Shown here: in pieces, positions 35,376 through 44,713 of the stretch
Numbering within the stretch: position 1 is the stretch's first letter
Layout: each line of letters starts with the position of its first letter
IMG/VR virus record: IMGVR_UViG_3300044796_000662
Span: 62,001-126,000 of that record
Length of the DNA: 64,000 nt
Strand: one strand, 5' to 3'
Notes under the pieces: generated by a model
Database searches by the model: none
Told to the model about the DNA's origin: nothing
Seen by the model: the letters and a program-made list of their open reading frames with translations, nothing else
Position numbers and translations under genes: made by a program

Positions 35376-36977
35376 TCAGCCCTCCACGAGTGAGAGACCG
35401 CTTGCGTTCTTGCCGACAATCGGAGGCGCCGCGAAGCGCGCACGGATGCCGTCGTCGGACTCCTTGTCGTAGCCGACCCACTCTTTGAGCGACGCAACCT
35501 CGTCAACCATGGTCTTGAAGATGCGCGGCTTCTTGATGAGCTGCGTCTTGAGGATGTCGTAGTCGAGCGCGGGCTTCTTCGCATGGAAGCTGTCGGTCAG
35601 AGCGGCTTTGATCGCCTGCTCGATCTCGCGCCCCACCATGTTCTCCGCCCTGTCGGACAGCGCGTCGAGGTCGAACCGACGCCAGTCCTGCTTGATCTTC
35701 GACAGGTGGATCTTGAGGATGTCGATCCGGTCCTTCTTGGACGGCAGGTCGAAGAAGAACCGCTCGTCCATGCGGTTGATGAACTCGATCGGCATCGTAC
35801 CGAGGCTGTTGGCGGTGAGCGCCAGGCAGACCGGCGCATCGGTTTCCTGAAGCCAGGTGCTCAGGATGCCGATCATGCGGCTGGTCGTGCCGTTGTCCGT
35901 CTGCGCGCTCGACTGCCCACCAGAGAGGCTCTTCTCGGCCTCGTCGATCCAGACGATGCAGGGAGCGACTCGCTCGATGAGGTTGATGGCGGCGTAGACG
36001 TTGTTCTCGGAGGCGCCGGACAGGGACCCTCGCAGCTTGCCCATCTCCAAGCTCACGACAGGGAGCTTCCAGGTGCTCCCCATGGCCTTGACGCTGAGGG
36101 ACTTGCCGCAGCCCCAGATACCGACCGCGAGAACGCCCTTGGGCGGAACGAGACCGTACTCCCGGCCCTTCTCTGTCCAGGTGGCGGCTGTCTTGACGAC
36201 CCAATCCTTGAACCTGGAGGCACCGCCCACCTGGTCGAACGTGAACTTGCTCGTGTCCACGTACTGAATGAGATCGGTCTTCTTGAGCGCCCTACGTCGG
36301 TAAGCGGTGATGATCTCCGGGTCGATGCGGAACCTCTTGGCAGGGTCCGCATCCTTCTTCGTGACGGAGATGCTGTGGGCAATCGCCATCTCGATTTCCC
36401 AGCTCGTGAGCCCGCGGAAGATCTGCGCTGCGTCGGGGGGCGCTGAAACGACCATCTCCTCGTTGCTGAGCGAGGAGCACGTCGTCTCAACGAGGCCCTT
36501 GATCTGGTCATTGGAGAGCCCCTTGTCGTAGACGACCTCCATGTACCGCGAGAGCTTCTCGGGGATCGCACGGCGCGGCCCGACGAAGATCAAGATCTTG
36601 ATCGTCTTCACGTCGTTGTGGAGCGAGTGTATGATGTTCAGGATGCGACGGCAGACGTTCTCGTCCTTGAACACACGCTCGGGGTCCAGGATGACGTAGA
36701 AGTTCTGCTCGTTGCGCGGGTCGTCCGTGTAGATCTTCTGGAAGACCTTGTTGACCTCGAACTGTTCCTTGTTCTCCGGGTGCTTGTGTTGGGTCCAGTC
36801 GCCGATGACGTCCTGAATCGGCAGGAGCCCCATCGTATAGTTGAAGACCCACATCCGGTGCTTGTACTTCTTGACGCTCTCCGGCAGGTCAATGAGGAAG
36901 CGGTCTTCCTCGTCCGTCACGTAGTAGACGAGACGGTTCAAGGCACGCAGGTGTTGCATGAGTTCTTCGGGCAGCAT
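35376..36977 (-). CDS. Ycf46-like AAA+ ATPase
   Basis: Degenerate N-terminal AAA domain, then GIWGCGKS, VWIDEAEK, LTANS, RMDERFF. Confidence 0.88.
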   Translation of the reverse strand: MLPEELMQHLRALNRLVYYVTDEEDRFLIDLPESVKKYKHRMWVFNYTMGLLPIQDVIGDWTQHKHPENKEQFEVNKVFQKIYTDDPRNEQNFYVILDPERVFKDENVCRRILNIIHSLHNDVKTIKILIFVGPRRAIPEKLSRYMEVVYDKGLSNDQIKGLVETTCSSLSNEEMVVSAPPDAAQIFRGLTSWEIEMAIAHSISVTKKDADPAKRFRIDPEIITAYRRRALKKTDLIQYVDTSKFTFDQVGGASRFKDWVVKTAATWTEKGREYGLVPPKGVLAVGIWGCGKSLSVKAMGSTWKLPVVSLEMGKLRGSLSGASENNVYAAINLIERVAPCIVWIDEAEKSLSGGQSSAQTDNGTTSRMIGILSTWLQETDAPVCLALTANSLGTMPIEFINRMDERFFFDLPSKKDRIDILKIHLSKIKQDWRRFDLDALSDRAENMVGREIEQAIKAALTDSFHAKKPALDYDILKTQLIKKPRIFKTMVDEVASLKEWVGYDKESDDGIRARFAAPPIVGKNASGLSLVEG

Positions 36978-37079
36978 CTTGAGGGTCCCTTACACCGGAA
37001 ATGATTGAAGGCTTGTCCCCTTGTCGAGAACAAGCCTTCGAGGAGCCGAACGGAGGGCCGACGTTCGGCCCAGCGGAGA

Positions 37080-37403
37080 TCAGCCGGTCTGGTACGTGAG
37101 GATGATGTTGCCGTCGCGATCGACTTCGCGGCTGTGGATCGAAGCGCCGATGCGGCGCAGCTCCGTCATGTACTTCTGCTCGCCGTAGTGCTGCACGAGA
37201 TTCGTGAAGTCGTCCTTGCGGAAGCTCATGTCGTCGCCCTCGATCTGCCCAGTACGCAGGTCGAGCACGCCGTGTGAGTGGCCCGCGCGAACCTCGAAGG
37301 TGTCGCCGGTGATCTCGCGGAAGTTCGTGCCCGACGCCTTGAAGGCATCGAGAGCGATTGCGCGGTCCTTGATTTCGGTCTGAGTCGTTACCCTCTTCGA
37401 CAT
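37080..37403 (-). CDS. DUF1257 (Ycf35)-like protein
   Basis: MSKRVTTQTEIKD...AL...Y.......  G..I...E...G.I.L pattern; next to the Ycf46-like ATPase. Confidence 0.65.
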   Translation of the reverse strand: MSKRVTTQTEIKDRAIALDAFKASGTNFREITGDTFEVRAGHSHGVLDLRTGQIEGDDMSFRKDDFTNLVQHYGEQKYMTELRRIGASIHSREVDRDGNIILTYQTG

Positions 37404-37490
37404 GTGCGTATCCTCTCAGTCTCTCGTTGTCTCGGCGTACCGAGCAATAGCATTCTTGAAAAAACTGGCCTGGGGCGTTTGGAACCGCGG

Positions 37491-37676
37491 TCAGTTGCCG
37501 TCAACCGTGGTCTCGGTCTGCGGATCGCATTCCGGCCCGGTGTCCTCGTCGCTGACCTGGCGACCGACGCTGTTGGTGATGTTGTACACCGACGAGCAGA
37601 GGTGCTCCTGGCGGTCGATGACCTCGGTGACGATCTGCCCTGCGGGCTTCCTCATGATGGTGGCTTTGACGAGCAT
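37491..37676 (-). CDS. DUF2997-like small protein
   Basis: 61 aa: GQI..EV......C...T..+G; AAGGAGA SD. Confidence 0.62.
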   Translation of the reverse strand: MLVKATIMRKPAGQIVTEVIDRQEHLCSSVYNITNSVGRQVSDEDTGPECDPQTETTVDGN

Positions 37677-37695
37677 GGTCTATCTCCTTGCGTCC

Positions 37696-38298
37696 CTATA
37701 CACCGCTGCCGCTACCGCCCAGCTTCACCGTCGCACCTGCGGTGACAACCGTGTCTTTAGAGTCGGCAGGTTGCGCAGGCGAGGGATTGGGGGCTCCCCA
37801 CGGATCAGGTGCGGGAGCAGCTTTCGGCGGTGGCGCGCCCCCAAGCATCCTCGGACCACGGTTCGGCGTGTTCACGGGGGCCGTCATTACAGGACGGATC
37901 AGAGCCGAAGGCGCGATGATTCGAGGCTCAACCTCGACTGGAACTGGGGGTGCTGAAGCGGTCACGGGCGGGGTTGAGACTGAAGACGGCCCCTTCTCGG
38001 TCAGATCACGGGGATCCAACCATGACGACCGGATCTCGGGGGTTGGTCCCGCATCGATCGCGATGAACCCCTGCGCGGCGATCTTGCCGTACCTTGGGTC
38101 TGAAGGGTCGAGCCGAGGGACGTTCGCGTAGTAGTCGTCGTACCAGCGAGCGACGCGCTGCTCGAAGCTGGACTGACCGACCTTGCTCCGCGTGCATTCC
38201 GGCTGCATGCAACGATCGCAGAACATCGCCTTGAAGTCGTCCAAGGGGACCTTCTGGTCGTTGCACACAGAGAGCCAATCTTTGCGGGCGGGGTTCAT
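37696..38298 (-). CDS. Cys-motif protein with Pro-rich C-terminus
   Basis: VCN...FCDRCMQPECTR; start MNPARK after a GGAAAGG SD. Confidence 0.65.
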   Translation of the reverse strand: MNPARKDWLSVCNDQKVPLDDFKAMFCDRCMQPECTRSKVGQSSFEQRVARWYDDYYANVPRLDPSDPRYGKIAAQGFIAIDAGPTPEIRSSWLDPRDLTEKGPSSVSTPPVTASAPPVPVEVEPRIIAPSALIRPVMTAPVNTPNRGPRMLGGAPPPKAAPAPDPWGAPNPSPAQPADSKDTVVTAGATVKLGGSGSGV

Positions 38299-38330
38299 GC
38301 CTTTCCATAGGCTTTTGATAAGTGGAACCC

Positions 38331-41270
38331 TCAAGCGCGGGGGTACGGATAGATCGCCCCATCGCTCAGGTTGAGGTCCCTCAAGAGGCTTGCGAGCCGC
38401 TCTGGCATGACCTTCACCTGAAGACCCGGGTCGATGAGGATGTTGCCCACTGCATCCGTGAGGAAGAGGATCTTCCCCATGTCCGGGTCGCTCGCATCGG
38501 AGCACGCGGAGCGCACTTGCCTGACGGTCTGCCTCGTGAGCACGCTGACCTTCATCCAGACGATAGACGTGGAGGCCACGTCATCGCGTTTGATGGTCGT
38601 CTTGGGGGTCTCCATCCGGGGGGAGGGCGGCGGCCGCGGGGCCTCCGGAGTCGGCGCTACCTGAATCGAGACGTCCTCTACTGTGCTCACGGGGGCAGAG
38701 ACCGCGTGTCCAGCGGCCCCGTTCGTGTCCCCTCCGTTCTTGGGCGGTTCATGGCCGCCACCCTGCCATCCGGGGATGAAGAGCCCTTCAAGCCATGCGG
38801 GAACCCGGTGGTAGATCCGATCTCCCACCACAATCTCGATGTCCTTCGAGATGCCGCAGTCGCAGTTGGCCGCCCCCTCGCAGCCCTCGAAGTGCAGCCA
38901 GGCTCCTTCAGACCACTGCGTTGTCTTGTTCTCGTACTTCTTGTTCTTGCCGGCGTAGTTCTTCTTGCCCGAGTACGGCTTGCCGTGCATGAGCATCCCG
39001 TAGTCGTACTCACCGGCCCACGTCGTTCCGATGAGCGGCTCGACGATGAGGGGCACGCGCCAGACGGGCGAGTACGGGGGACGTGCCAAGCCTGACGGCG
39101 AGGCCATGACCCGGACGATGACCGCAAGGGCCTCCTGCACGCGAGCGTGCTTGATCTCGAACACGATTTCGTCGTGCACCGTGAGCAGCATGCGAACCGA
39201 GTCGTCTCCGCCGCCCTGCTTGAGCCAGCCGTGCTTGTAGAACTCCTTGCAGAGCAGCACGAGGCTGATCTTCATGATGTCCGCGCCGGTTCCCTGGATG
39301 GGGAAGTTCGTGCTCTTGCGCTCGCACGCCGCTTGGACGGCCTTATCCGGGTTGTCGATGTCCGGGATGGCCACCCAGCGCTGGAGAGCCGTGTACACGC
39401 CCTTGTCCTTGCGGACCTTGACGTGCTGACCCTTGATCCAGTTGGCGAAGGTCGGGACCGCCTTGTCGAACGCGCCTTTGCGGCGGGAGGCTTCCAGCTT
39501 GTCGCAGCCGGTCGCCCGCATGATCGCAGCCGGCCCGCCTCCGTACAAGAGCGCGAAGTTGGCGATCTTGCCCATCTTGCGCAGCTCCTTCTGCCGGTCC
39601 TTCGACTCCTTGTCGAACTCCGGGAAGAACGCGCGAGCCGTGATGGTGTGCAGGTCCCCGTCGCCTTCGAGGAACTCCTTGATCCAGACCATCTCGTTCG
39701 AGACGTTGGCTGCGATACGAAGCTCCTGACCGGCGTAGTCGGCCTTGAGCATCGTGTAGCCCTCGCGGGCCTCGAAGCACTTGCGCAGCTCCGAGGTCGA
39801 GGGGATGCCGTGGATGGGGATGCCCGACATCCCCTGATCTGCCTCTCCTGCGGGCGCAGAGAAGCGTCCCGTAGCGGCTCCAGTCTGCTTGAACTGGAAG
39901 CGCATCTCCGAGCGCTCGTCCACGTTGTTGTACATGTTCTGGAGGTACGTGGAGTCGAGCTTCTCGAACTCGCGCCACTTCACGATCCACTTGAGCACCT
40001 CGGGGACTCCCGGGTTCTCTTTGACGAGCGTCTCCAGCGTCTCGGCGTCCGTCTTGAACTGCTTGCTCGCCTCGTTGATGGGCGGCTTGGGGCTGATGTT
40101 GAGCCCCTTGTCCGAGAAGAGGAACTCGGAGAGCACCTTCGTACTGGCCGGGTCGAAGTTGAAGTAGCCCTTCGCTTCCGCAAGGTTCTTGATCTTGGCG
40201 AGGATCTCGTCGCGCTTCTTCGCGTTCTCGTCCATCGCGGCCTTGATGCGGTCGCGGTTGACCCGCACGCGAGGGCGTTCCATCCAACGGCCAGCGCACG
40301 CTGTCTGCTTCTCGACGCGATAGGTGAAGAGGTGCTTGTCGCGCACCTGCGCAAGCGTGAACGAACGCTTCTCATGTGAACGTGGCTGCGTGCAAAGCAG
40401 GTACGTGCAGATGGCATCCGAGCACGCGTACTTGAGGCAGCCGGGTTCATCCGGGGACAGGCGACCGAACTCGATCTTCGTCCCCTTGATGGGGAAGAGA
40501 TCTTTCAGCTCGATCATCTCGTACGGGTTGTTATCGGGGTCCCGCAGAAGCTCGAACGCCTTCCACTTGAGGCCAAGCTTCTTGTCGTCCGAGAAATGCG
40601 TGTAGTGGAAGAGGTTGCCGTCCTCAAAGCTCTCCGGATGCCACCAGTCGATGCCCGTGACCGGGTAGAGGAACTCGTGATCGAACTTGGCGTTCCAGAA
40701 GTACAGGAGCACCTTGGGGGGCTCCAACCACTCCTTGGCGGAGAGCGGGTCCTTCTCCATCGCCTCCGGCTTCATCACCGGCTGCGCGGCTCGACAGAGA
40801 CGTGTGATGGACGCCTCGGCACGCTCGACGGGCAGGTTCAAGCTCGGGCCGCCGTCATTCGGATTGTGACGCACGGGCGCGTAGAACCCGGACTTGCCGT
40901 CGTAGGAGAGGCAGAACCCCACGATCTTGTGCTTCGTGTATGGCTTGCCGCTCTCGTCGTAGAAGATGCGGTTGTCGAGACCCTCGGTTTCCAGGTCGAG
41001 AGCGCACTCCTTGGCGGCGATGGCCGCGTCCACGATCTGGTCAAGCTCGTCAGCCGTCCGGACGAGCTTGAACGTGTGGTGCTTCATCCAGGGCCGGGTG
41101 ATGTCCGGGACCGCACGCTCATTCTGGAGGCCCGCTGCCGCCATGAAGTCCTCCGGGGACTCCTCGGGCTCCGTCGAGATGATGGACGTAGCCGGCTTCA
41201 CCACCGGCCCTGGGCTCACTTCCGTAGAGAGCCCGAGCATCTCGTCAATGTCGTCGATCTCGTTGGGCAT
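38331..41270 (-). CDS. polA: Family A DNA polymerase with 3'-5' exonuclease
   Basis: LDLET, WNAKFD, YACSD; motif A ADYAGQELR, motif B RKMGKIANFALLYG, motif C TVHDEIV. Confidence 0.95.
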   Translation of the reverse strand: MPNEIDDIDEMLGLSTEVSPGPVVKPATSIISTEPEESPEDFMAAAGLQNERAVPDITRPWMKHHTFKLVRTADELDQIVDAAIAAKECALDLETEGLDNRIFYDESGKPYTKHKIVGFCLSYDGKSGFYAPVRHNPNDGGPSLNLPVERAEASITRLCRAAQPVMKPEAMEKDPLSAKEWLEPPKVLLYFWNAKFDHEFLYPVTGIDWWHPESFEDGNLFHYTHFSDDKKLGLKWKAFELLRDPDNNPYEMIELKDLFPIKGTKIEFGRLSPDEPGCLKYACSDAICTYLLCTQPRSHEKRSFTLAQVRDKHLFTYRVEKQTACAGRWMERPRVRVNRDRIKAAMDENAKKRDEILAKIKNLAEAKGYFNFDPASTKVLSEFLFSDKGLNISPKPPINEASKQFKTDAETLETLVKENPGVPEVLKWIVKWREFEKLDSTYLQNMYNNVDERSEMRFQFKQTGAATGRFSAPAGEADQGMSGIPIHGIPSTSELRKCFEAREGYTMLKADYAGQELRIAANVSNEMVWIKEFLEGDGDLHTITARAFFPEFDKESKDRQKELRKMGKIANFALLYGGGPAAIMRATGCDKLEASRRKGAFDKAVPTFANWIKGQHVKVRKDKGVYTALQRWVAIPDIDNPDKAVQAACERKSTNFPIQGTGADIMKISLVLLCKEFYKHGWLKQGGGDDSVRMLLTVHDEIVFEIKHARVQEALAVIVRVMASPSGLARPPYSPVWRVPLIVEPLIGTTWAGEYDYGMLMHGKPYSGKKNYAGKNKKYENKTTQWSEGAWLHFEGCEGAANCDCGISKDIEIVVGDRIYHRVPAWLEGLFIPGWQGGGHEPPKNGGDTNGAAGHAVSAPVSTVEDVSIQVAPTPEAPRPPPSPRMETPKTTIKRDDVASTSIVWMKVSVLTRQTVRQVRSACSDASDPDMGKILFLTDAVGNILIDPGLQVKVMPERLASLLRDLNLSDGAIYPYPRA

Positions 41271-41700
41271 CGTGCTCCTCCTGAACCAGGACCACGTACA
41301 CCCCTTCGCGCCAGCTCTTAACGATCTCTGACATCAATCGTCGCACTTCTGGGTCTTCCGACCCATCCGGCTCGTAGCACCACGGCATACGCTTGGCCGT
41401 TGGGAAACACCGGGCCTTATCGTAGAAAGGGCAGCGGTCGCGCAGTGTACATACACGCGCACTCTCAGGCAGCTTGATGAGGGCGCCCTGAGGTGGGAGC
41501 CCCAGCGACTTGACGAGTGGGCTCGTCCAACCGCGCAGAGCATGCTCGATCGTGTCCTTGGGAACGGTGGTGAGCAGGCTTGCGATCTCGTTACCCTGAA
41601 GAGGGCGCCAGTTCTGCTCCCAGACGCCCCCCTCATCGTAGATGAGGTACAGCTCCAGGAACCCCATCTCGGTTGTCGAGACCCTCAGTCGCCTGGACAC
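41245..41700 (-). CDS. Hypothetical protein with C-x5-C-x7-C-x9-C cluster
   Basis: Lies between the primase domain and polA and overlaps both; start uncertain. Confidence 0.62.
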   Translation of the reverse strand: MSRRLRVSTTEMGFLELYLIYDEGGVWEQNWRPLQGNEIASLLTTVPKDTIEHALRGWTSPLVKSLGLPPQGALIKLPESARVCTLRDRCPFYDKARCFPTAKRMPWCYEPDGSEDPEVRRLMSEIVKSWREGVYVVLVQEEHDAQRDRRH

Positions 41701-42329
41701 GACCGCACTACCTCGCCGATCTTGTCGAGCACCTGGCGAAGCACGACCTTCGCCTTCTCGTAGTCGATTTTGCGCTCATCGAGTCGATGACGTAGCCGGT
41801 CGAGAATGACCCCGAGCTTGAGGAATGGCACCATCTCGAAGTTGTGCTTCGCGCTCCGTAGCCGTTTCTCGCACGCCTCGAACAGAGTGGCGACTTCCAG
41901 AACGAGCGGGTCCTCCTCCGGCTCGTAGTCCCCGGACACGCCTTCCGGCATGGGAGGAGGCACGATGCCGTAGGCAGACTCGATGTCACGCAAGACCGCG
42001 GCGAACTTGAGGTCTTCGCGGCCATCGAACTTCTTCCAAAGTCCGATGGCGTCCCAGTTCTTCTGACAGACGAAGCACCAGACGTGACTCGGGCTGCGCG
42101 CCGATGCCTCGTAGACGCGAGCGGACGGCTTCGTGTCCCGACCATGGAAGGGGCAGGAGATCTGCTCCTCACGGCCGCCGTACTTGAGCCGGATGCCGTT
42201 GCGTGTGAGCACGTCGTGCGCCGTGACCGTCTGGTGGATGGTCGCCACCCGCTCGGCAATCCACTGACGCCAGACGTCATGACGCTCGTTACGCCGGATG
42301 TTCTGATCGAAGACGTTAGCCACGGTCAC
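41685..42329 (-). CDS. Stand-alone primase CHC2 zinc-binding domain protein
   Basis: SCPFHGRDTKPS...WCFVC...DAI; no TOPRIM domain. Confidence 0.82.
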   Translation of the reverse strand: MTVANVFDQNIRRNERHDVWRQWIAERVATIHQTVTAHDVLTRNGIRLKYGGREEQISCPFHGRDTKPSARVYEASARSPSHVWCFVCQKNWDAIGLWKKFDGREDLKFAAVLRDIESAYGIVPPPMPEGVSGDYEPEEDPLVLEVATLFEACEKRLRSAKHNFEMVPFLKLGVILDRLRHRLDERKIDYEKAKVVLRQVLDKIGEVVRSCPGD

Positions 42330-43798
42330 ACGTTGTTGAGAAGGTCGGTTTCGTCCTGCACGCCCATGCCCGGAGCCGAGTTGTAGAGGTCGAGGTTACG
42401 CATGCGCCGGCAGGTGAAGTCCACCTCGGCGAGGAACGGCTCGAAGAGCGGGTTGTCCCGGTTCTTGAGGCACGAGAACTTCGTCTGCCCCTGTGCACGC
42501 AGTTCCTGGCTGAGATAGGTAGCCGTGACCACGTCTGCGGAGCGCTCGGCCTCGTTCGAGTACGAGAGCGCTTGCAAGTTCTTGTAGATGCCGTCGTTCT
42601 TCTCCGCCTCGGTCTTGCCGGTACGGTTGATCTGGAAGAGCAGGAGCGTCGGCATCCCCTCGCCGTGGTTGAAGTGCAAGGCGAACTTCTTGGCGTCGCG
42701 GAGGATGGTGTTCAGCTCGATCGTGTAGTCCTTCTTGCTGCGGTTCTTCTTGCGGGCTTCCATGAGGCCACCGTGGTCCAGAACCGTGAACCCGATCTCG
42801 GATTGCTTGTGAAGCAGCTCCACTTCGATCCGCGCTTCGTCGAAGTCCACGTCGTGGTCGGGAGCCCACGTGTGGAACTCGCAGTAGTCCGGGTTGTGCG
42901 TGAAGTCGTCGATGACCTTCTGGTAGAAGATCTCTTCCTCGGGCGTGAGGTCCCCGTCGCGCACCTTGCGGTAATCGAGTGCCTTGTAGCCCTCCAACGC
43001 CCAACGAGGGTGCGAGGAGTGCATGACGTAGATGAGCCGGCGGATGTGCTCGTAGCCCATCTCGAACGTCGCATACATGACGTTCGTGCGGTAGCGAGTG
43101 ACCAGGTTGTAGCACCAGTTGGTTGCGAAGGTGCTCTTCAACTCCCCGGCGAACGCCGCGTGGATGTGCAGCTCCTTCTTCTTCAAGCCGTGACAGATGG
43201 TGTCGATCCGGTCGATGCCCGTGAAGCGGCCCCAGACCTTGTCCTTGTTCAGCTTCGCTGTCAGGTACTCGTCCCAGACCTCTTGACCATCCTTGCGGAT
43301 GTCACCCCTTTGGCGTGACCCGCCTTCGAGGACGATCAGGTCGTTGGCCTTGCTGACGAAGTGCATGATGCCGTCTTGCACTCCGCGGCGCTGGATCTCC
43401 TCCCGACCCTCCTTGATGGTCAGGCCCTTCGTGACAATCTGATGGGCCTCCTTGAGAAGCTCCGTCACCTTGCGCTGATTCTGCTGCTCGATGAGAGTCT
43501 TGAGCAGGTGCGCGAAGTTGGTACGGATGTAGAACTGCGCTGCCTCGATGTCCTTGAGGCGCTCGGTAACTTCCGTGTCCTTCTCGAAGTAGTCCCGGAC
43601 CGTCTCGATGGACGGCATCTCCATGTTCGGCTGGAAGTACGACCCGAGGAACTTGTAGATCGCCGTGTCCTCTGGCAGCTCCCACTCCAGGGGTGACTCC
43701 CGGATGCGCTGGAAGTTGAGCAGGAGGTTGTCCTGCGTGAGACCACGTTCTTGCGAGGTCGCGCCGAAGTCGATAACGGAGCGGAGCAGGCGCTTCAT
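42326..43798 (-). CDS. dnaB: DnaB-like (SF4) replicative helicase
   Basis: FTGIDRID, ELKST, FEM, VLDH, FQINR, AERSADVV, KNRD. Confidence 0.85.
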   Translation of the reverse strand: MKRLLRSVIDFGATSQERGLTQDNLLLNFQRIRESPLEWELPEDTAIYKFLGSYFQPNMEMPSIETVRDYFEKDTEVTERLKDIEAAQFYIRTNFAHLLKTLIEQQNQRKVTELLKEAHQIVTKGLTIKEGREEIQRRGVQDGIMHFVSKANDLIVLEGGSRQRGDIRKDGQEVWDEYLTAKLNKDKVWGRFTGIDRIDTICHGLKKKELHIHAAFAGELKSTFATNWCYNLVTRYRTNVMYATFEMGYEHIRRLIYVMHSSHPRWALEGYKALDYRKVRDGDLTPEEEIFYQKVIDDFTHNPDYCEFHTWAPDHDVDFDEARIEVELLHKQSEIGFTVLDHGGLMEARKKNRSKKDYTIELNTILRDAKKFALHFNHGEGMPTLLLFQINRTGKTEAEKNDGIYKNLQALSYSNEAERSADVVTATYLSQELRAQGQTKFSCLKNRDNPLFEPFLAEVDFTCRRMRNLDLYNSAPGMGVQDETDLLNNV

Positions 43799-44688
43799 CG
43801 TGAACCCCTCTTGCTCTTGAACTTGAACTTCTTGGGCGCTTTGGGCGCATCCAGGTCCGCGAGGTCAGGTCGGCCGAGGTCATCTCCCCCGGACGCTGGC
43901 TCCGGATCTGGATCGGACGATGGTTCCCACTCCTCGACGCTCAGAGCCGCATCCGGGGGTGCAGAGACAAGGACGTTCTGCGGTCCAGAGTAGACGTACG
44001 GCGCAGGCCGGTCATCTTGCTCCTCGGAGGGCGTCGAGGTGCTGGGCACATCGAGCACTTCGAAGTGCGAGAAGATGTAGTCGGCGACATCCTCGCTGTA
44101 CGAGTGATGGCCGACAACGAATGGGTAGTCTGCCTTGTCCACGATCCACGTCGCCTTGTGGGCGACTTCGCGAAGCATGAGTGCTTCCTTCAACGCGCCG
44201 GCCATCGCGACGTTCTTGTGGCCCAGATACCCGAGAAGAAGAATCACGAGGTCGTGGTCGCAGACCAGATCTGAGAGCGAGTTGTACGACTTGGTCGTCT
44301 CACGCTCTTCCTTCGGCTTGACCCGTGCCGACTCGTTGCCGACGAACACATTCTTGATCCTCTCGTCGGTGACGATGAGAAAGCGGAACATCAACCCCTT
44401 GCAGATGAGCGCGTAACGGAAGTGAGCGATCATGTCGCTCCACCGGCCGCGCAAGAAGAGGTTGTCCGCAGTCTTGTCATCGAGCGGCGGATCATCTGGG
44501 ACTGGCCCACGCACGAACAGCGGCGAGGACTGGATCTTCCTGGCGCGAGCGATCTCCGGCCCCAAGTGCTGCCGCATCATCCGGCGCCGTGCGCAACTGC
44601 ACAGGCGACTGTGCATGTCGTCCACACGGATCTTCCCTCGCCCGTTGCAAATCTCGCAGACTGTCTCTCGCTCGATAGGGGGCGCCAT
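43795..44688 (-). CDS. DnaC/helicase-loader-like protein with Zn finger and degenerate P-loop
   Basis: CEICNGRG...CSC, DLVIL, position next to the helicase; no GKT. Confidence 0.55.
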   Translation of the reverse strand: MAPPIERETVCEICNGRGKIRVDDMHSRLCSCARRRMMRQHLGPEIARARKIQSSPLFVRGPVPDDPPLDDKTADNLFLRGRWSDMIAHFRYALICKGLMFRFLIVTDERIKNVFVGNESARVKPKEERETTKSYNSLSDLVCDHDLVILLLGYLGHKNVAMAGALKEALMLREVAHKATWIVDKADYPFVVGHHSYSEDVADYIFSHFEVLDVPSTSTPSEEQDDRPAPYVYSGPQNVLVSAPPDAALSVEEWEPSSDPDPEPASGGDDLGRPDLADLDAPKAPKKFKFKSKRGSR

Positions 44689-44713
44689 CGGGAACCCCTA
44701 CACCGAACGGACG

